A stretch of 64,000 nt of DNA from Octopus vulgaris (Eukaryota): the NCBI GenBank assembly GCA_951406725.2, contig OX597841.1:3038001-3102000 (forward strand), given 5' to 3'. The position numbers and the translations under genes are program-made. Each line of letters opens with the position of its first letter. Position 1 is the first letter of the stretch. This document shows, piece by piece, positions 1 to 13,816 of this stretch. The notes under the pieces are model-generated. The model searched no databases and was not told where the DNA came from. It worked only from the letters and a program-made list of their open reading frames with translations.

Positions 1-33
1 TGGCGGTGGCTATCCCTGAAAGGGAGGGCGGAG

Positions 34-1280
34 GTGGCCAATGTGTTTATCGCATCGGTTATCACCTACCGCCTTTCCGTCGTTCCTTGCCCTGATTCGT
101 GGTTGATCAAGTTGGAAAGACAGCTCTTCTACTTCTTGTGGAAGGGCGGGAAACCACTTGTGAAACGATCTACTTGCTGTCAACAACCGTTAAAGGGTGG
201 GCTAGGGATGCCTTGGCTGATGATGCGCAGACATGCGCTGAGGTTAAGACATCTGTGGCTCTACCTGGATGGTGAACGGGTGTGGTCTTCGCTAGCAAAA
301 CTGATGTTTCCCAAGTTCACTAGTTTCGGTGGATGGGAAACCTGGCTGAATCGTAGATCGAAACTTGGTACTTGGTACACGGAGTGTCGCAAGGCTCTCC
401 TGCTATTCCGTCGCTCGGGCAACGCCTGCGGTGGGGGTTCCACCACATTCTTCTATAGAGGGTTGGTAGAGGCGGAATGTGAAGATACCTTGGGGGAAAC
501 CCTAGGTCTCGACGATAATCAGCTGGCCAGTCTGTTCCGACGTACGTTCGAGCCAGAAGTCTGGCAATGCTACAGAGGAGCTCTACCTGTTCGGGATAAA
601 CTCGCAAGGCACGGTGGCCAAGACAGTCCGATATGTCCAAGATGCGGGCGGGATAGGGAAACCGTCCCGCACGCTATTGTTCATTGTCCGGACGTGTCTG
701 AGGTGTGGGTTTATGCCGAACAGCTGTTGTCAGGTACACGAAGAGTACAGCTGTCGACTGAGTCGATTACAAAAATTGACCCACCGGATTTCCTCGTGAA
801 TGAAGGTAAGTTTCGTTTTCTCGTTGTAGTAGCAATTGCGAAAGAGGTGATATGGAAGACGAGAATGAAAGGTTTACAGTCAGGCAAGTTCATCTCCGGC
901 CCTGGTTTGATGAATTATTTCATCTTTCACCTGAAAAGGAAGATAGGGCTGGAGAGAATATGCCTGACTAGGAGAGTGTATGAAGAACGATGGAAGGATG
1001 TAGCACGAAAGTTGCGAGTGAAAGATACAACATAAATGTAATACCAAGCGCAACCAAAAGTATCAGTGGGGAGGCGGGGCTCGTGGGGTCCGAGCTAAAC
1101 CCGCACCCACTCCACCCGTAATGTCTTCTGGTCTGTCCCATCATTCGATTTCTGTCCATTTATTGTAATTCATGAAAATTTTTAAATCCGATTTATTGTA
1201 AAAACCCATTCGTTTGTCTGACCCCATCATCAGATTGTATTGTCCCATCTATGTTCGCCCCTTGTGGGTAATAATAAAAC
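34..1280 (+). mobile_element. 3' end of Tx1/L1-clade non-LTR retrotransposon (ORF2 C-terminus with zf-RVT, plus 3' UTR); 5' part lies outside the window
   Basis: ORF 34-1035 has FxFLWKG..KGGLGMP, GALPVRDKL and CPRCG..ETVPHAIVHC motifs typical of L1/Tx1 ORF2 ends; 3' UTR ends in A-rich aataataaaac at ~1280. Confidence 0.85.
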
Positions 1281-1284
1281 AACA

Positions 1285-1475
1285 CCAGGCGAAATTATTA
1301 GGGCTATTTCGTCTGTCTTTACGTTCTGAGTTCAAATTCCGCCAGGGTCGACTTTGCCTTTTGCGGGGTCGATAAATTACCAGTAACGAACCAGATAAAG
1401 TACCAGTTACGTACTGGCGTCAATCTAATCAACTGGCCCCTCCCCGCAAAAATAATTTGGGTCCTGTGCCTATTT
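1285..1475 (+). mobile_element. tRNA-derived SINE family A, older tail variant, 5' of head missing
   Basis: B-box-like GAGTTCAAATTCC and core gtcgactttgcc..ggggtcgataaa..gtaccag; paralogous to 7635-7790. Confidence 0.75.
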
Positions 1476-1618
1476 TGCCAAACAGGTTCAACAATAATGT
1501 GATGCAGTATGGTTTGTCGTTTATTCGACTGTTGTTCCCCCAGCTACCGAGCTGGCCGCCTTTTATCCGCGACGGCGTATTTAGCAATGTCAAACTAAGT
1601 GCATTTAGTTTCGTATCA

Positions 1619-3319
<1,701 letters not shown>

Positions 3320-4189
3320 TTTTTCCTCTCAAATCCCAATTTATATGTTTTTGTGCCGTTTCTTTTTACACTTTATTCCTTATATACACTTCTACTGTTG
3401 TATTTCTGTCCAGTGTCACCTTTGTTTAGCAACACTTAAATCAATTTATCCAACTTTATTCAGAACACAGGCCCCTCTTCTTGACACTCCAGTCGGTGAT
3501 GTTCAGAAATTTTGCTTATAATACTATTTCAGAGCAACTGTGTCACAGAAATTCTTCCACAGATTTGTAAAATACAATCTGATACATCTGTTTTGTACAA
3601 TATTTCCTTTTAGTCTTTGAAACGTGGTAGATATTAAGGATGTTTCTTCTGTTATGTCAATGTCATCTGATGTTCTGAAATTATAGAGAAACAACAGTGT
3701 AAGATATTGTGGTTACTTATATATTAAAGTTTGTATCATTTTGGAATGAAGAACACAAACATAGGTGCTGAGCCAGTGACTAAGACATTTAGCTGTTATT
3801 TTTAGCATATTGTGTTTCATGGTGAGAGCTTCACGTGCCTTGGTCCTTTTGCTGTTTTACTATGAATCTACGCATGTGGAAACGGACAAAACTGCTGTTT
3901 ATTTTCACTTTTTGACAGAGGGATGGGTGGGGTGCAGATCAATTTTGGAGTTTTTCATAAAAAATTTGAAACTAAAATTTCTTTTTTCTACCCCCCCATA
4001 TTCTTAATCTTTTCTCACGAAGACTGAAAGAAAAAAGATTTCTAGAAAAAATTTTTAATTTCAGGGGCAGAGGGTGATTAAAAATTTTGAAAATTGGCTT
4101 TTTGCATAATCGGAATGTCCGCCATCGAAAACATGGGAATCCGGTGTAAAAAAAAATGAGAAATTATAAATATATATATATATATATAT

Positions 4190-5125
4190 CATGGCTCAGC
4201 TTCACAAACGAAGATCAGGAAGGCTGTCCACGTCGCGTGCACGAATGCTCATGACTGACAAGTCCGATATGGGAAAGGCAGGTCCATGAGCAGTGTCCAC
4301 AGACGAAGGTAACATCCAGTGTGGTGTCAGAGGCGGCTCGCACCTTCCTCCTGCGTCTCTTGTCTTTAAGTGCGTCTCTTCTTTGTTTCTCAAACTTGCT
4401 GTCTGCATTGAAGATCATGTGGCACCAGACATCACGGTCAGCAGCCAGATCTAACCAGCATTGGTGGTTAATTTGACATGCTGTTAGAGACTTCTTGAGG
4501 CGGTTTTTGTAGCGCTTCCTCAGAGCTCCTCTCACTCAGTGACTGGTGGAGAGTTCGCCAAACAGGGCAATCTTTGGAAGGCGATGGTTCTCCATTCTGG
4601 AGACATGCCCTGCCCATCGGAGGTGGTACTTCAGTAGCGTGGCTTCAATCCTGGGGATCTCGGCCTGCTCCAAGACTTCAATGTTTGTGACGAAGTCACT
4701 CCAGTGAATGTTGAGGATGGTGTGGAGACATCGCTGGTGGAAGTGCTCGAGGAGACGGATGTGACTGTGGTAAGTGATCCAGGTCTCTGAGCCGTAGAGA
4801 AGAGTGGTGAGAACCACGGCCCTGTAGACACTGATCTTTGTTTTGTTCTTCAGGTCACTATTGTGCCAAACACGTTTCTACAATCTGCCAAAGGAGCTAT
4901 TTGCCTTAGAAAGTCTATTGTCAATTTCCTTGTCAATCCTTGCATCGGATGAGATGATGCAGGCCAGGTATGTAAACTGCTGTATTGATTTCAGTTTGGT
5001 ACCGCAGATAGTGATGTGGGGTGGGCGGTATTCTTCTTGGGGTGTAAATTGTTGAAGTACCTCCATCTTCTTGAGGCAGACCCCAGGACAAAGAGCTGCG
5101 AGACGTCTGCAAAATATGCACTGCA
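4190..5125 (-). mobile_element. RTE-clade LINE 3' fragment, decayed, in intron of ZNF unit 1
   Basis: LLYGSETW, FHQRCL, LRWAGHVSRM, RLPK and terminal CxxC..SHIGLVSH across several frames with stops. Confidence 0.9.
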
Positions 5126-5158
5126 TATATATATATATTGGGATCTTTCCTTCTCCTT

Positions 5159-5193
5159 GTTTCCGACGAAGAGCTCCGCTCGAAACATTAAAC
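5159..5193 (+). ncRNA. Minimal hammerhead-like motif (Penelope-type); second copy at 38124-38157 on -
   Basis: gttt-CCGACGA-a-gagc(tcc)gctc-GAAAC-att-aaac; core has a U-to-C variant and almost no helix III. Confidence 0.45.
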
Positions 5194-5296
5194 CCTCCTT
5201 CCCTTCTCTCCTGAGCGTCAATAATACTTTAATTGTTCCACGTCCTGCGTTGCTGTGTTTTTTTTCCTCTTTTTTTCTGTGTTTTCTTGTTTGGAT

Positions 5297-5340
<44 letters not shown>

Positions 5341-5402
5341 TATAAATATATATAAATATATGAAAGAATAGAGTTGAACGACGAATTAACAAAATTCCTT
5401 TA

Positions 5403-5485
5403 TTTTCGACATGTGTTTCGAAGGCTGCATATTCCTAATTGCGAAGGAATAAGGAGTATATTATGCCGCTTTCTCATCAGGAAAA
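5403..5485 (-). ncRNA. Type I hammerhead ribozyme
   Basis: Minus strand reads TTTTC-CTGATGA-[long helix II G5473..C5420]-GAAA-C-ACAT-GTC-GAAAA; full catalytic core, helix I TTTTC/GAAAA, GUC cleavage triplet (after 5408). Confidence 0.8.
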
Positions 5486-5605
5486 GCAAGGAACTTATGT
5501 CAACATCAAGATGCACAAAAAAATTTTAGATGACTGCTCACAGGTATCGGTTAACCGAATTATCCATAACAAGATAATTCATTCTACTACTCAAATATAT
5601 ATATA

Positions 5606-5962
5606 CTCTTTTACTTGTTTCAGTCATTTGACTGCGGCCATGCTGGAGCACCACCTTTTAGTCGAGCAAATCGACCCCGGGACTTATTCTTTGTAAGCCC
5701 AGTACTTATTCTATCGGTCTCTTTTGCCGAACCAGCATCGGTTGTCAAGCAATGCTAGGGGGACAAACACAGACACACAAACACACACATACATATATAT
5801 ATATACATATATACGACAGGCTTCTTTCAGTTTCCGTCTACTAAATCCACGCACAAGGCATTGATCGGCCCGGGGCTATAGCAGAAGACACTTGCCCAAG
5901 ATGCCACGCAGTGGGACTGAACCCGGAACCATGTGGTTGGTTAGCAAGCTACTTACCACACT
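5606..5962 (-). mobile_element. tRNA-derived SINE family B
   Basis: Reverse complement of the full copy at 49081-49481. Confidence 0.85.
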
Positions 5963-6474
5963 GTTTTTACACAGGATTCCCATGTTTATATATATATATA
6001 TATATAACGGAAATTTCTTTTTAAGTGGTGGGAGAATCTGCGCCGAATTGTAATGCCGTTCGATGTCGTAAAAGCGGGTGGAAATGAGATTTTCGTAACT
6101 TTTATAAAAGGCTTCCCCACCCCCATCATTTTTAAATGAATGTTGAAGATAATTTGAAAAAATCCCCCTCGAATCGGGTAATATCCAACTTATGTGTATG
6201 AGCTATTCCGCACAAATGAAGGACATCAGCCTTCCATAGCTAGAAATAGCAGCCAAATCTACCACAAATTGTACATATCCCCTTCCATAGCTAGAAAAAG
6301 CAACCAAATCTCCCACAAATTATAGATATCCCCCTTCCATAGCTAGAAATAGCAGCCAGATCCCGCACAAATCAGGGACATCACCAATTCATAAAACAGA
6401 AAAGACAAAGGTTCCACACGCCAAAGACCGAAACGTCTGCAGAATTAAAAACATTGAATATTTTCATTGCTTAA

Positions 6475-6640
6475 TACTTACGGAAATGCTTCGTAAGAGA
6501 TAGTATAGTTATATATGTGTGTATCTGGTAGTTGAGAAATGCATTCTAATTATCACGATGGTATTGTAGGCTAATTAAGAGAAATTCACGCACTGGACAT
6601 TTCCTACAAGATGTAGAACGATCAATGCGCATGCGTGTCT
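6475..6640 (-). promoter_or_regulatory. ZNF unit 1 putative promoter, non-coding first exon and 5' splice donor
   Basis: TGCGCATGCG at 6626-6635; donor GTAAGTA on - at 6481-6475; conserved in all eight units. Confidence 0.65.
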
Positions 6641-7044
6641 CCTGCACGTAATATTTAAGAACGATAACTCTGCTTAAATTTTATTTCGTTTTTCGATTTG
6701 GTTTACAAGATTTTTTTTATATGAATTCGTGTGTTGAAGCATATTCTGTTGTGTCTGGGGAGAGTCATTCACTTTTAGTGCCTTATTATGTAACACACTC
6801 ACCGGTAAAATTTCCACCTATTTCAGACAGAGTCAAGACTATTGAAAATGTTGCAAGACGCAACGAAAATTTTAGGAAAATAAAAATAAGAAATAAGTGG
6901 AAATTTTACTGGTGAGTGTGTTAAATTATAAGGCACAAAAAGAAAATGACTCTCCCCAGACACAACAGAATCTCCTTAAATCCCTTTATATTTAAGTTTA
7001 TTACACCTCATTATATTTATGTGTGAATATTTATATCTGAGTAA

Positions 7045-7790
7045 GGGCTGCAAGCTGGCAGAAACGTTAGCACGCCGGGCGAAATGCGTGGCCGTATTTC
7101 GTCTGTCGTTACGTTCTGAGTTCAAATTCCGCCGAGGTCGACTTTGCCATTCATCCTTTCGGGGTCGATAAATTAAGTACCAGTTACGCACTGGGGTCGA
7201 TGTAATCGACTTAATACCTATGTCTGTCCTTGTTTTTAGCCCCTTGCGGGTAGTAAAGAAATAGGTATTTCGTCTGTCGTTACGTTCTGAGTTCAAATTC
7301 CGCCGAGGTCGACTTTGCCATTCATCCTTTCGGGGTCGATAAATTAAGTACCAGTTACGCACTGGAGGTCGATGTAATCGACTTAATACCTATGTCTGTC
7401 CTTGTTTGTCCCCTCTGTTTTTAGCCCCTTGTGGGTAATAAAGAAATAGGTATTTCGTCTGTCGTTACGTTCTGAGTTCAAATTCCGCCGAGGTCGGCTT
7501 TGCCATTCATCCTTTCGGAGTCGATAAATTAAGTACCAGTTACGCACTGGAGGTCGATGTAATTGACTTAATACCTATGTCTGTCCTTGTTTGTTCCCCC
7601 TATATTTAGCCCCTTGTGGGTAATAAAGAAATAGGTTTTTCGTCTGTCTTTACTTTCCGAGTTCAAATTCCGCCGAGGTCGACTTTGCCTTTCATATTTG
7701 CGGGATAAATAAAATACAAGTCGCGTACTGTCGTCGATCTAATCGACTGGCCCCCTCCGCAAAAAACTTTGGGTCTTGGGCCTATTGTGC
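7045..7790 (+). mobile_element. SINE family A stack: one tRNA head and four bodies
   Basis: Head tggcagaaacgttagcacgccgggcg; bodies restart at gtatttcgtctg near 7265, 7450 and 7635. Confidence 0.85.
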
Positions 7791-9354
7791 CATACAGGTA
7801 CTACCATAATGCAGAGAGGTTGATTGTCTATTCGACTGTTGTTCCCCCAGCTACCGAGCTGGCTGCCTTTTATCCGCGACAGCGTATTTAGCAATGTCAA
7901 ACTAAGTACATTTAGTTTCGTATCATTACAACATTTCCCTTTTCTTTCAGCAATTCACAGACTATCAAATAGGGATTCTTCCCCCTAAAAGAACGAAAAA
8001 AAAAAAGACATTTTGTTGCGCGACACGGGCTTCAAATACCATGAATAGTTTTACAGTACAAATGTTTTATAACACTTCACGTGAGGATTCTAAGACACCC
8101 TAATGGGGGCCTTAACTCCCAAGTTTTTGTCATTTCTTTTATGATCCAAAACTAGGTCAAAAGTACTGAATGGATCTTTACGAAATTTGGAAATTATATT
8201 CTATGCATAAGGACCATAACCCCCATGACAATTCATATATTTTTGCTGTTGATGAAATTTTAGCCATAGATATTAGACACAAATGAAGTAATATTTATAA
8301 AATTTCATCTTCTTACAAGTTAGAAAGACCCCTTCATGGGGGACTTAACACCCACAATTTAGTCATTTTATCTAAGCAAAAACAAATACAGTTGTACTCT
8401 TGGAAGCTGTAGGGTCACCCAAGCATAAAAGATGAGCATTATTTGTAAATCATTGGTACAACAGTGTAAGAGTTTGCTTTGACATACATTTAGATTGTGA
8501 TTTCTGCAATGTGGTGCATAAATTGTCGAGTAAATGAAAGACATCTTTGCCTCCACTGATTCACTTTGCAAAGTGTTGAGTAAAGTTATTTGGTTGGAGA
8601 CCTTCTTTCAGTCTTTTTATTATCACTGGGTCACACATTGTCCCCAGATGGTAACATTGATTTCAAAGCCTTCCCAGATGAGTGATTGGTTATTCAAAGA
8701 CATTTATAGATTGTAAACTTATTCTGTCCAGTTACCTATTGGTATAGTTGTCATTTGCAAACTCCAGAGGTGACATTTTCATTTCTCCTTAGCCCTCACG
8801 TCACGCAGTTGTTAATGTTTATTTCAGTTGGGTCACGCTCTTCCAATTGCTATAGATTCGTAATGCATCTTACAGCTGTGCCTGTCACCTGGATGGTGAG
8901 GAATATTACATTGGGAGTGGTAACGACTAGGGTAGGGTAGCTGACTGCTTGTGATCATTAGGTTTCCTGTAGCTTTGCTCTCTTTTACAAACCCAGTGAA
9001 CATATATTTCCTAGAAATCCAAACAATAGATATAAGACCCAAGTTAAAAAGATCTCAACAATTCAAATTCTCTGGTTGACATTAAGACACCCAGCCCCAA
9101 TAGGGGCTCCAACTCACACATTTTAGAGCTCCATGACCTCCATTTTTAAGCAAGAAAATCCTTTTAAGACTGGAATTTTGGAATATGTGCATAAAACTCA
9201 ATAGTATGGGATACATGTGGCACGATTACAATATTTTTAGGGTGTGTAGAGGGGGGAAATAACCCTTATCAGCAATTCTGATGAAGTTCGAAACATAGAT
9301 ATTCCAGTTCATTAGAGAAAATATAACAGAGATGTTTAAGTCTTCAATTGAATG

Positions 9355-9386
9355 TAACCGGGCAACGCCAGGTATCTCTGCTAGTA
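9355..9386 (+). mobile_element. 3' terminus of a non-autonomous Helitron-like element (5' extent uncertain)
   Basis: ccgggcaacgccagg hairpin followed by CTAGT; similar to the end at 59030-59058. Confidence 0.45.
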
Positions 9387-9602
9387 TCCAATAAAGAATA
9401 ATGTGTAGGGTTGTCAGGAGAAGGAGGAGTTTTGGTATAGAAGTCTATACACCATGGAAAGCAAATGCATGAATGGTCAAAGAAGCAGCAGGGCAAAATT
9501 GCAAAAACAAAACGAAAAAATCTGACATTTTTGGAACTACTTTAGTCATAAATTCCATTGCATAACACACAGGAATATTAAATATATATAGCAAATAAGA
9601 AA

Positions 9603-11108
9603 CTAGAAACTACCCTTTTCATTTCTCCCAAATATATGTTTGTGTTTTGTTAACCTATTATTTTGAGAGAAAGATTTACCACAAATATCACAGTGATATG
9701 GTTTCTCTCCTGTATGAATACGTCTGTGTGTAGATAGGATACTATAACGAGAAAATGATTCACCGCAGATATTACAGTGATATGGTTTCTCTCCTGTATG
9801 AATACGTTTATGCGTAGTTAAGATACTGTTACTAGAGAATGATTTACCACAGATATCACAATGATATGGTTTCTCTCCTGTATGAGTACGTATGTGTTTC
9901 ATTAAGTTACTGCTTTGAGAGAATGATTTACCACAGACCTCACAGTGATATGGCTTCTCTCCTGAATGAATACGTTTGTGTACAGTGAAGTGATGACTCA
10001 GAGAGACTGATTTACCACAGATATCACAATGATATGGTCTTTCTCCTGTATGAATAAGTTTATGTGTAGTTAAGGTAGTATTACGAGAGAATGATTCACC
10101 ACAGATATCACAATGATATGGTTTCTCTCCTGTATGGGTACGTCTGTGAGATGTTAAGGCACTATTATTAGAGCATGGTTTACCACAAATATCACAATGA
10201 TATGGTTTCTCTCCTGTATGAATACGTGTGTGTTTTGTTAAGTGAATACTTTGAGAGAATGATTTACCACAGATATCACAATGATATGGTTTCTCTCCTG
10301 TATGGATACGTTTGTGTGTAGTTAGTGTACTATTACGAGAGAATGATTCACCGCAGATATCACAGCGATAAGGCTTGTCTCCTGTATGAATTCGTTTGTG
10401 TCTAGTTAAGATAATATGTTGAGAGAATGATTTACCACAGATATCACAATGATATAGTTTCTCTCCTGTATGAATATACATGTGTTTTGTTAAGTGAATA
10501 CTTTGAGAGAATGATTTACCACAGATATCACAATTATATGGTGTCTCTCCTGCATGAATACGTTTGTGTTCAGTTAAGTGATTTCTTTGTGAGAACAATT
10601 TACCACAAATATCACAATGATATGGTTTTTCCCCTGTATGAATACGTTTATGTTTAGATAAGTGAATACTTTGAGAAAATGATTTACCACAGATATTACA
10701 ATTATATGGTTTCTCTCCTGTATGAATACGTTTGTGTACAGTAACATTAATACTTCGAGAGAATGATTTACCACAAATGTCACAATGATACGGTTTCTCT
10801 CCTGAATGAATACGTTTGTGTACAGTGAAGTGATGACTTTGAGAGAATGATTTACCACAGATGTCACAGCTATATGGCTTTTCTCCTGTATGAATACGTT
10901 TGTGCACAGTAACGTGACTACTTCGAGAGAATGATTTACCACAAATGTCACAAGGATAGGGTTTCTCTCCTCTATGAGTACGTTTGTGCATAGTTAGGTC
11001 ACATTTTTGAAGGAAGGACTTTCTACAGATATCACAATCGTATGAACTCATCTCTTTTGTCATGGGTTCTGGGGAAATCAATTCTACACTTTTCTCACCC
11101 TTTTCCAT
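9603..11108 (-). CDS. C2H2 zinc-finger protein unit 2, 17 fingers (last lacks 2nd His)
   Basis: Intact ORF; ATG at 11108 (the track's 11123 start is a TTG); acceptor puts exon start at 11291. Confidence 0.9.
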   Translation of the reverse strand: MEKGEKSVELISPEPMTKEMSSYDCDICRKSFLQKCDLTMHKRTHRGEKPYPCDICGKSFSRSSHVTVHKRIHTGEKPYSCDICGKSFSQSHHFTVHKRIHSGEKPYHCDICGKSFSRSINVTVHKRIHTGEKPYNCNICGKSFSQSIHLSKHKRIHTGEKPYHCDICGKLFSQRNHLTEHKRIHAGETPYNCDICGKSFSQSIHLTKHMYIHTGEKLYHCDICGKSFSQHIILTRHKRIHTGDKPYRCDICGESFSRNSTLTTHKRIHTGEKPYHCDICGKSFSQSIHLTKHTRIHTGEKPYHCDICGKPCSNNSALTSHRRTHTGEKPYHCDICGESFSRNTTLTTHKLIHTGERPYHCDICGKSVSLSHHFTVHKRIHSGEKPYHCEVCGKSFSQSSNLMKHIRTHTGEKPYHCDICGKSFSSNSILTTHKRIHTGEKPYHCNICGESFSRYSILSTHRRIHTGEKPYHCDICGKSFSQNNRLTKHKHIFGRNEKGSF

Positions 11109-12530
11109 TATTTTTCCTCTCAAATATCAGTTTATATATTTTTCTTCTGAGGAATTGTTTCACAAGAATTCTTCCACAGATTTGTAAAACACAATCTGAT
11201 ACATCTGTTTTGTACAATATTTTCTTTTAGTCTTTGAAATGTGGTAGATGTTGAGGATGTTTCTTCTCTTATGTCAATGTTGTCTGATGTTCTGAAATTA
11301 TAGAGAAACAACAGTGTAAGATATTGTGGTTACTTAAAAAATACAAATTCATTTCTAATGAGATCAATTAAGCTGGATGCCAACAGCTCCCTAAGGAAGG
11401 GCTGATCCCTCAAAGTAGAGGGAACACGTGGAAGTGGAACACCCAAGAAGACATGGGAGGAAGGGCTGATAAACGAACTTAGGATGCTGAACTTTTCAGG
11501 TGATATGACAAAGATCGAGATGCCTGGCACCTTGCTGTACTCAAGAAGACCCGTACTCCACAGCAGAAGTACACTCATCCCTCTGGTGACGAAAAGCAAT
11601 TGTGATTGTTCCTCATAAAAGCGGACAGGCAGTGCCATTTAAAAGTGCCTGTGCAGTACCATATAAAGCACCCTGTGCACTGCGAAGGGGTTGGCACTGG
11701 GAAGGGCATCCAACTGTAGAAACGATGAGGAATCAAACTGGAGTCTGTTGCAGCTTCCCAGCCCTGCTCAAACCATCCAACCATGCCAACATAGACAATG
11801 GACATCAAAATTTACTCCACAGAATCTTGTGTGAAGCTGACATATTTGTAAACTACACTGACCCCTCCACATTGTGTAACAGTTTGAAAATAAAACCACA
11901 GAATAGGGGACACTAACATTAGCCTTTGTCCAGAAAGATAATTTGACATTGTTGTTTAAACGTTTGAAATGCCAATTCTTTTTCAGATTCGTTATCTCCG
12001 CACCCGAAAACTGGGGTGTCTGTAAAAAATATAAAATGAGAAAAAAAAAAGCAAAAACCGAAGTGGTATTCGGGGTACAAAAGGAAGTCTTTCCTTTTTT
12101 TGCATATTCGGAATTTCCGTCATCGAAAACATGGGAATCCGTTGAAAAGAAATAAATAAAATAGAAACGTCTGTTTGGAGGTGGGGTGACTGTGCGCCAG
12201 GATTCTAATGGTGTTCGGTGTTGTAAAAGCGGGCGGAATCAGAGATTCGTGACTTTTCATAAAAGGCTTCCCCACCTCCCATCATTTTCAAATGAACCGT
12301 GAAGATAATTTAGAAAAATCCCCCTCGAATCGGGTAACATCCAACTCATATGTATGAGGTGTTCCGCACAAATCAAGAGCATCTGCCTTCCATAGCTAGA
12401 AATAGCAGGCGAGTCCAGCACAAATGAAGGACATCTCTCGTTCATAAAACATAGAAGAGATTCTAAGAATAGAGGTGTGAAAAACCGAACGTCGACAGGA
12501 TTAAAAACTTTGAATATGTTCATTGTTTAA

Positions 12531-12716
12531 TACTTACGGAAATGCTTCATAAAGGATAGCGTTGTTATATGTGTGTATCTGAGAGTTGAGAAATAAATTA
12601 CAAATACGTTTTATAATAATTATAAAACGTATTAAAAGCTGACAAAAAGAAATTCACGCTCAAAGCATTCACAACGGACACGAGATAGGAAATACGTTTC
12701 ATGCGCATGCGTGTCT
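12531..12716 (-). promoter_or_regulatory. ZNF unit 2 putative promoter, first exon and donor
   Basis: Donor at 12537-12531; TGCGCATGCG 12702-12711. Confidence 0.65.
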
Positions 12717-12828
12717 CCTGCCTGTAATTTGTAGGACAGACAACTCTTCTTGAATCCCAATATATTTTAGTTTATTGCACCTGATCATATTTATGTGTGT
12801 TTATGTGTGAATATTTATACCTGAGTAA

Positions 12829-13225
12829 GGGCTGCAAGCTGGCAGAAACGTTAGAGCGCCAAGGCGGCGAGTTGGCAGCAGAAACGTTAGCGCGCCGGGC
12901 GAAATGCTTTGCGGTATTTCGTCTGCCGCTACGTCCTGAGTTCAAATTCCGCCGAGGTCGACTTTGCCTTTCATCCTTTCGGGGTCGATAAATTAAGTAC
13001 CAGTTACGCACTGGGGCGATATAATCGGCTTAATCCGTTTGTCTGTCCTTGTTTGTCCCCTTGTGGATAGTAAAGAAATAGGTATTTCGTCTGCGGTTAC
13101 GTTCTCATTTCAAATTCCGCCGAGATCGACTTTGCCTTTCCTCATCTCGGGGTCGATTAAATAAGTACCAGTTACGCACTGTGGTCGATGTAATCGACTT
13201 AATCCGTTTGTCTGTCCTTGTTTGA
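12829..13225 (+). mobile_element. SINE family A nested pair (two heads, two bodies)
   Basis: Head fragment ends at ..gcgcc, then a new head aaggcggcgag begins; second body restarts at 13081. Confidence 0.85.
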
Positions 13226-13399
13226 GATTCTGTTATCGCTAGTATTAAGAAACTTCACACTGATATCAAAGGCTAGCATTAGGTTCCAGAAAGGTGGGAC
13301 GATACCGGGTTGTTGAAACGGTCATTGACGTTAACGACTTGACTCAAAGGGGTTCGCATTCTGCATAACATTGATGTCACAACGAAAGACATGAGTTCA

Positions 13400-13816
13400 A
13401 CAATCCATTACCTGACGTCTACAATCCTTCTGAGTGTTGGAAGGCGTTGATATTCCTTTCACAACGGCATACAATAGCTGAAGGACGAATGCGGAGGATT
13501 CAATTTACAACTGACATCTGACCATTCGAGAGGATTCCATTTTTCCCAGGTGTCCGTCTACCATTGACTCGCCTTACAAAGTCGATTTGTTACTGGACCG
13601 AAATGGACTGCAAAAGTGTGTTGTAATGAGACAAATTGGAATTAGAACAGAAGCAATTATTAATTGGTATAATTACTTCGAAATATTAGTACACTCCTGT
13701 GCAACTTGGAGGACAAGATGCAGAAGTTGATGAATCGAAATTCATGCACAGGAAAAGCCATCCTGGTTGTCGTCAGGAAGGCTACTGGCTTCCTGGAATG
13801 ATAGAAGGTGACAGTC
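13400..13816 (+). mobile_element. Merlin (ISXO2/IS1016-like) DDE transposase remnant
   Basis: From 13696 translates PVQLGGQDAEVDESKFMHRKSHPGCRQEGYWLPGMIEG, matching the GG..VEIDESKF.KRKYHRG....G.WVFG.VE motif; no intact ORF. Confidence 0.7.

Noticed and set aside
9278-9300. CTGATGA-agttc-GAAAC hammerhead-like core
   Set aside because: No helix II and no convincing helix I; chance or heavily deleted
11109-11123. MRGKI N-terminal extensions in the ORF track (also units 3-7)
   Set aside because: Start is TTG; units 1 and 8 lack the frame; the eukaryotic start is the following ATG
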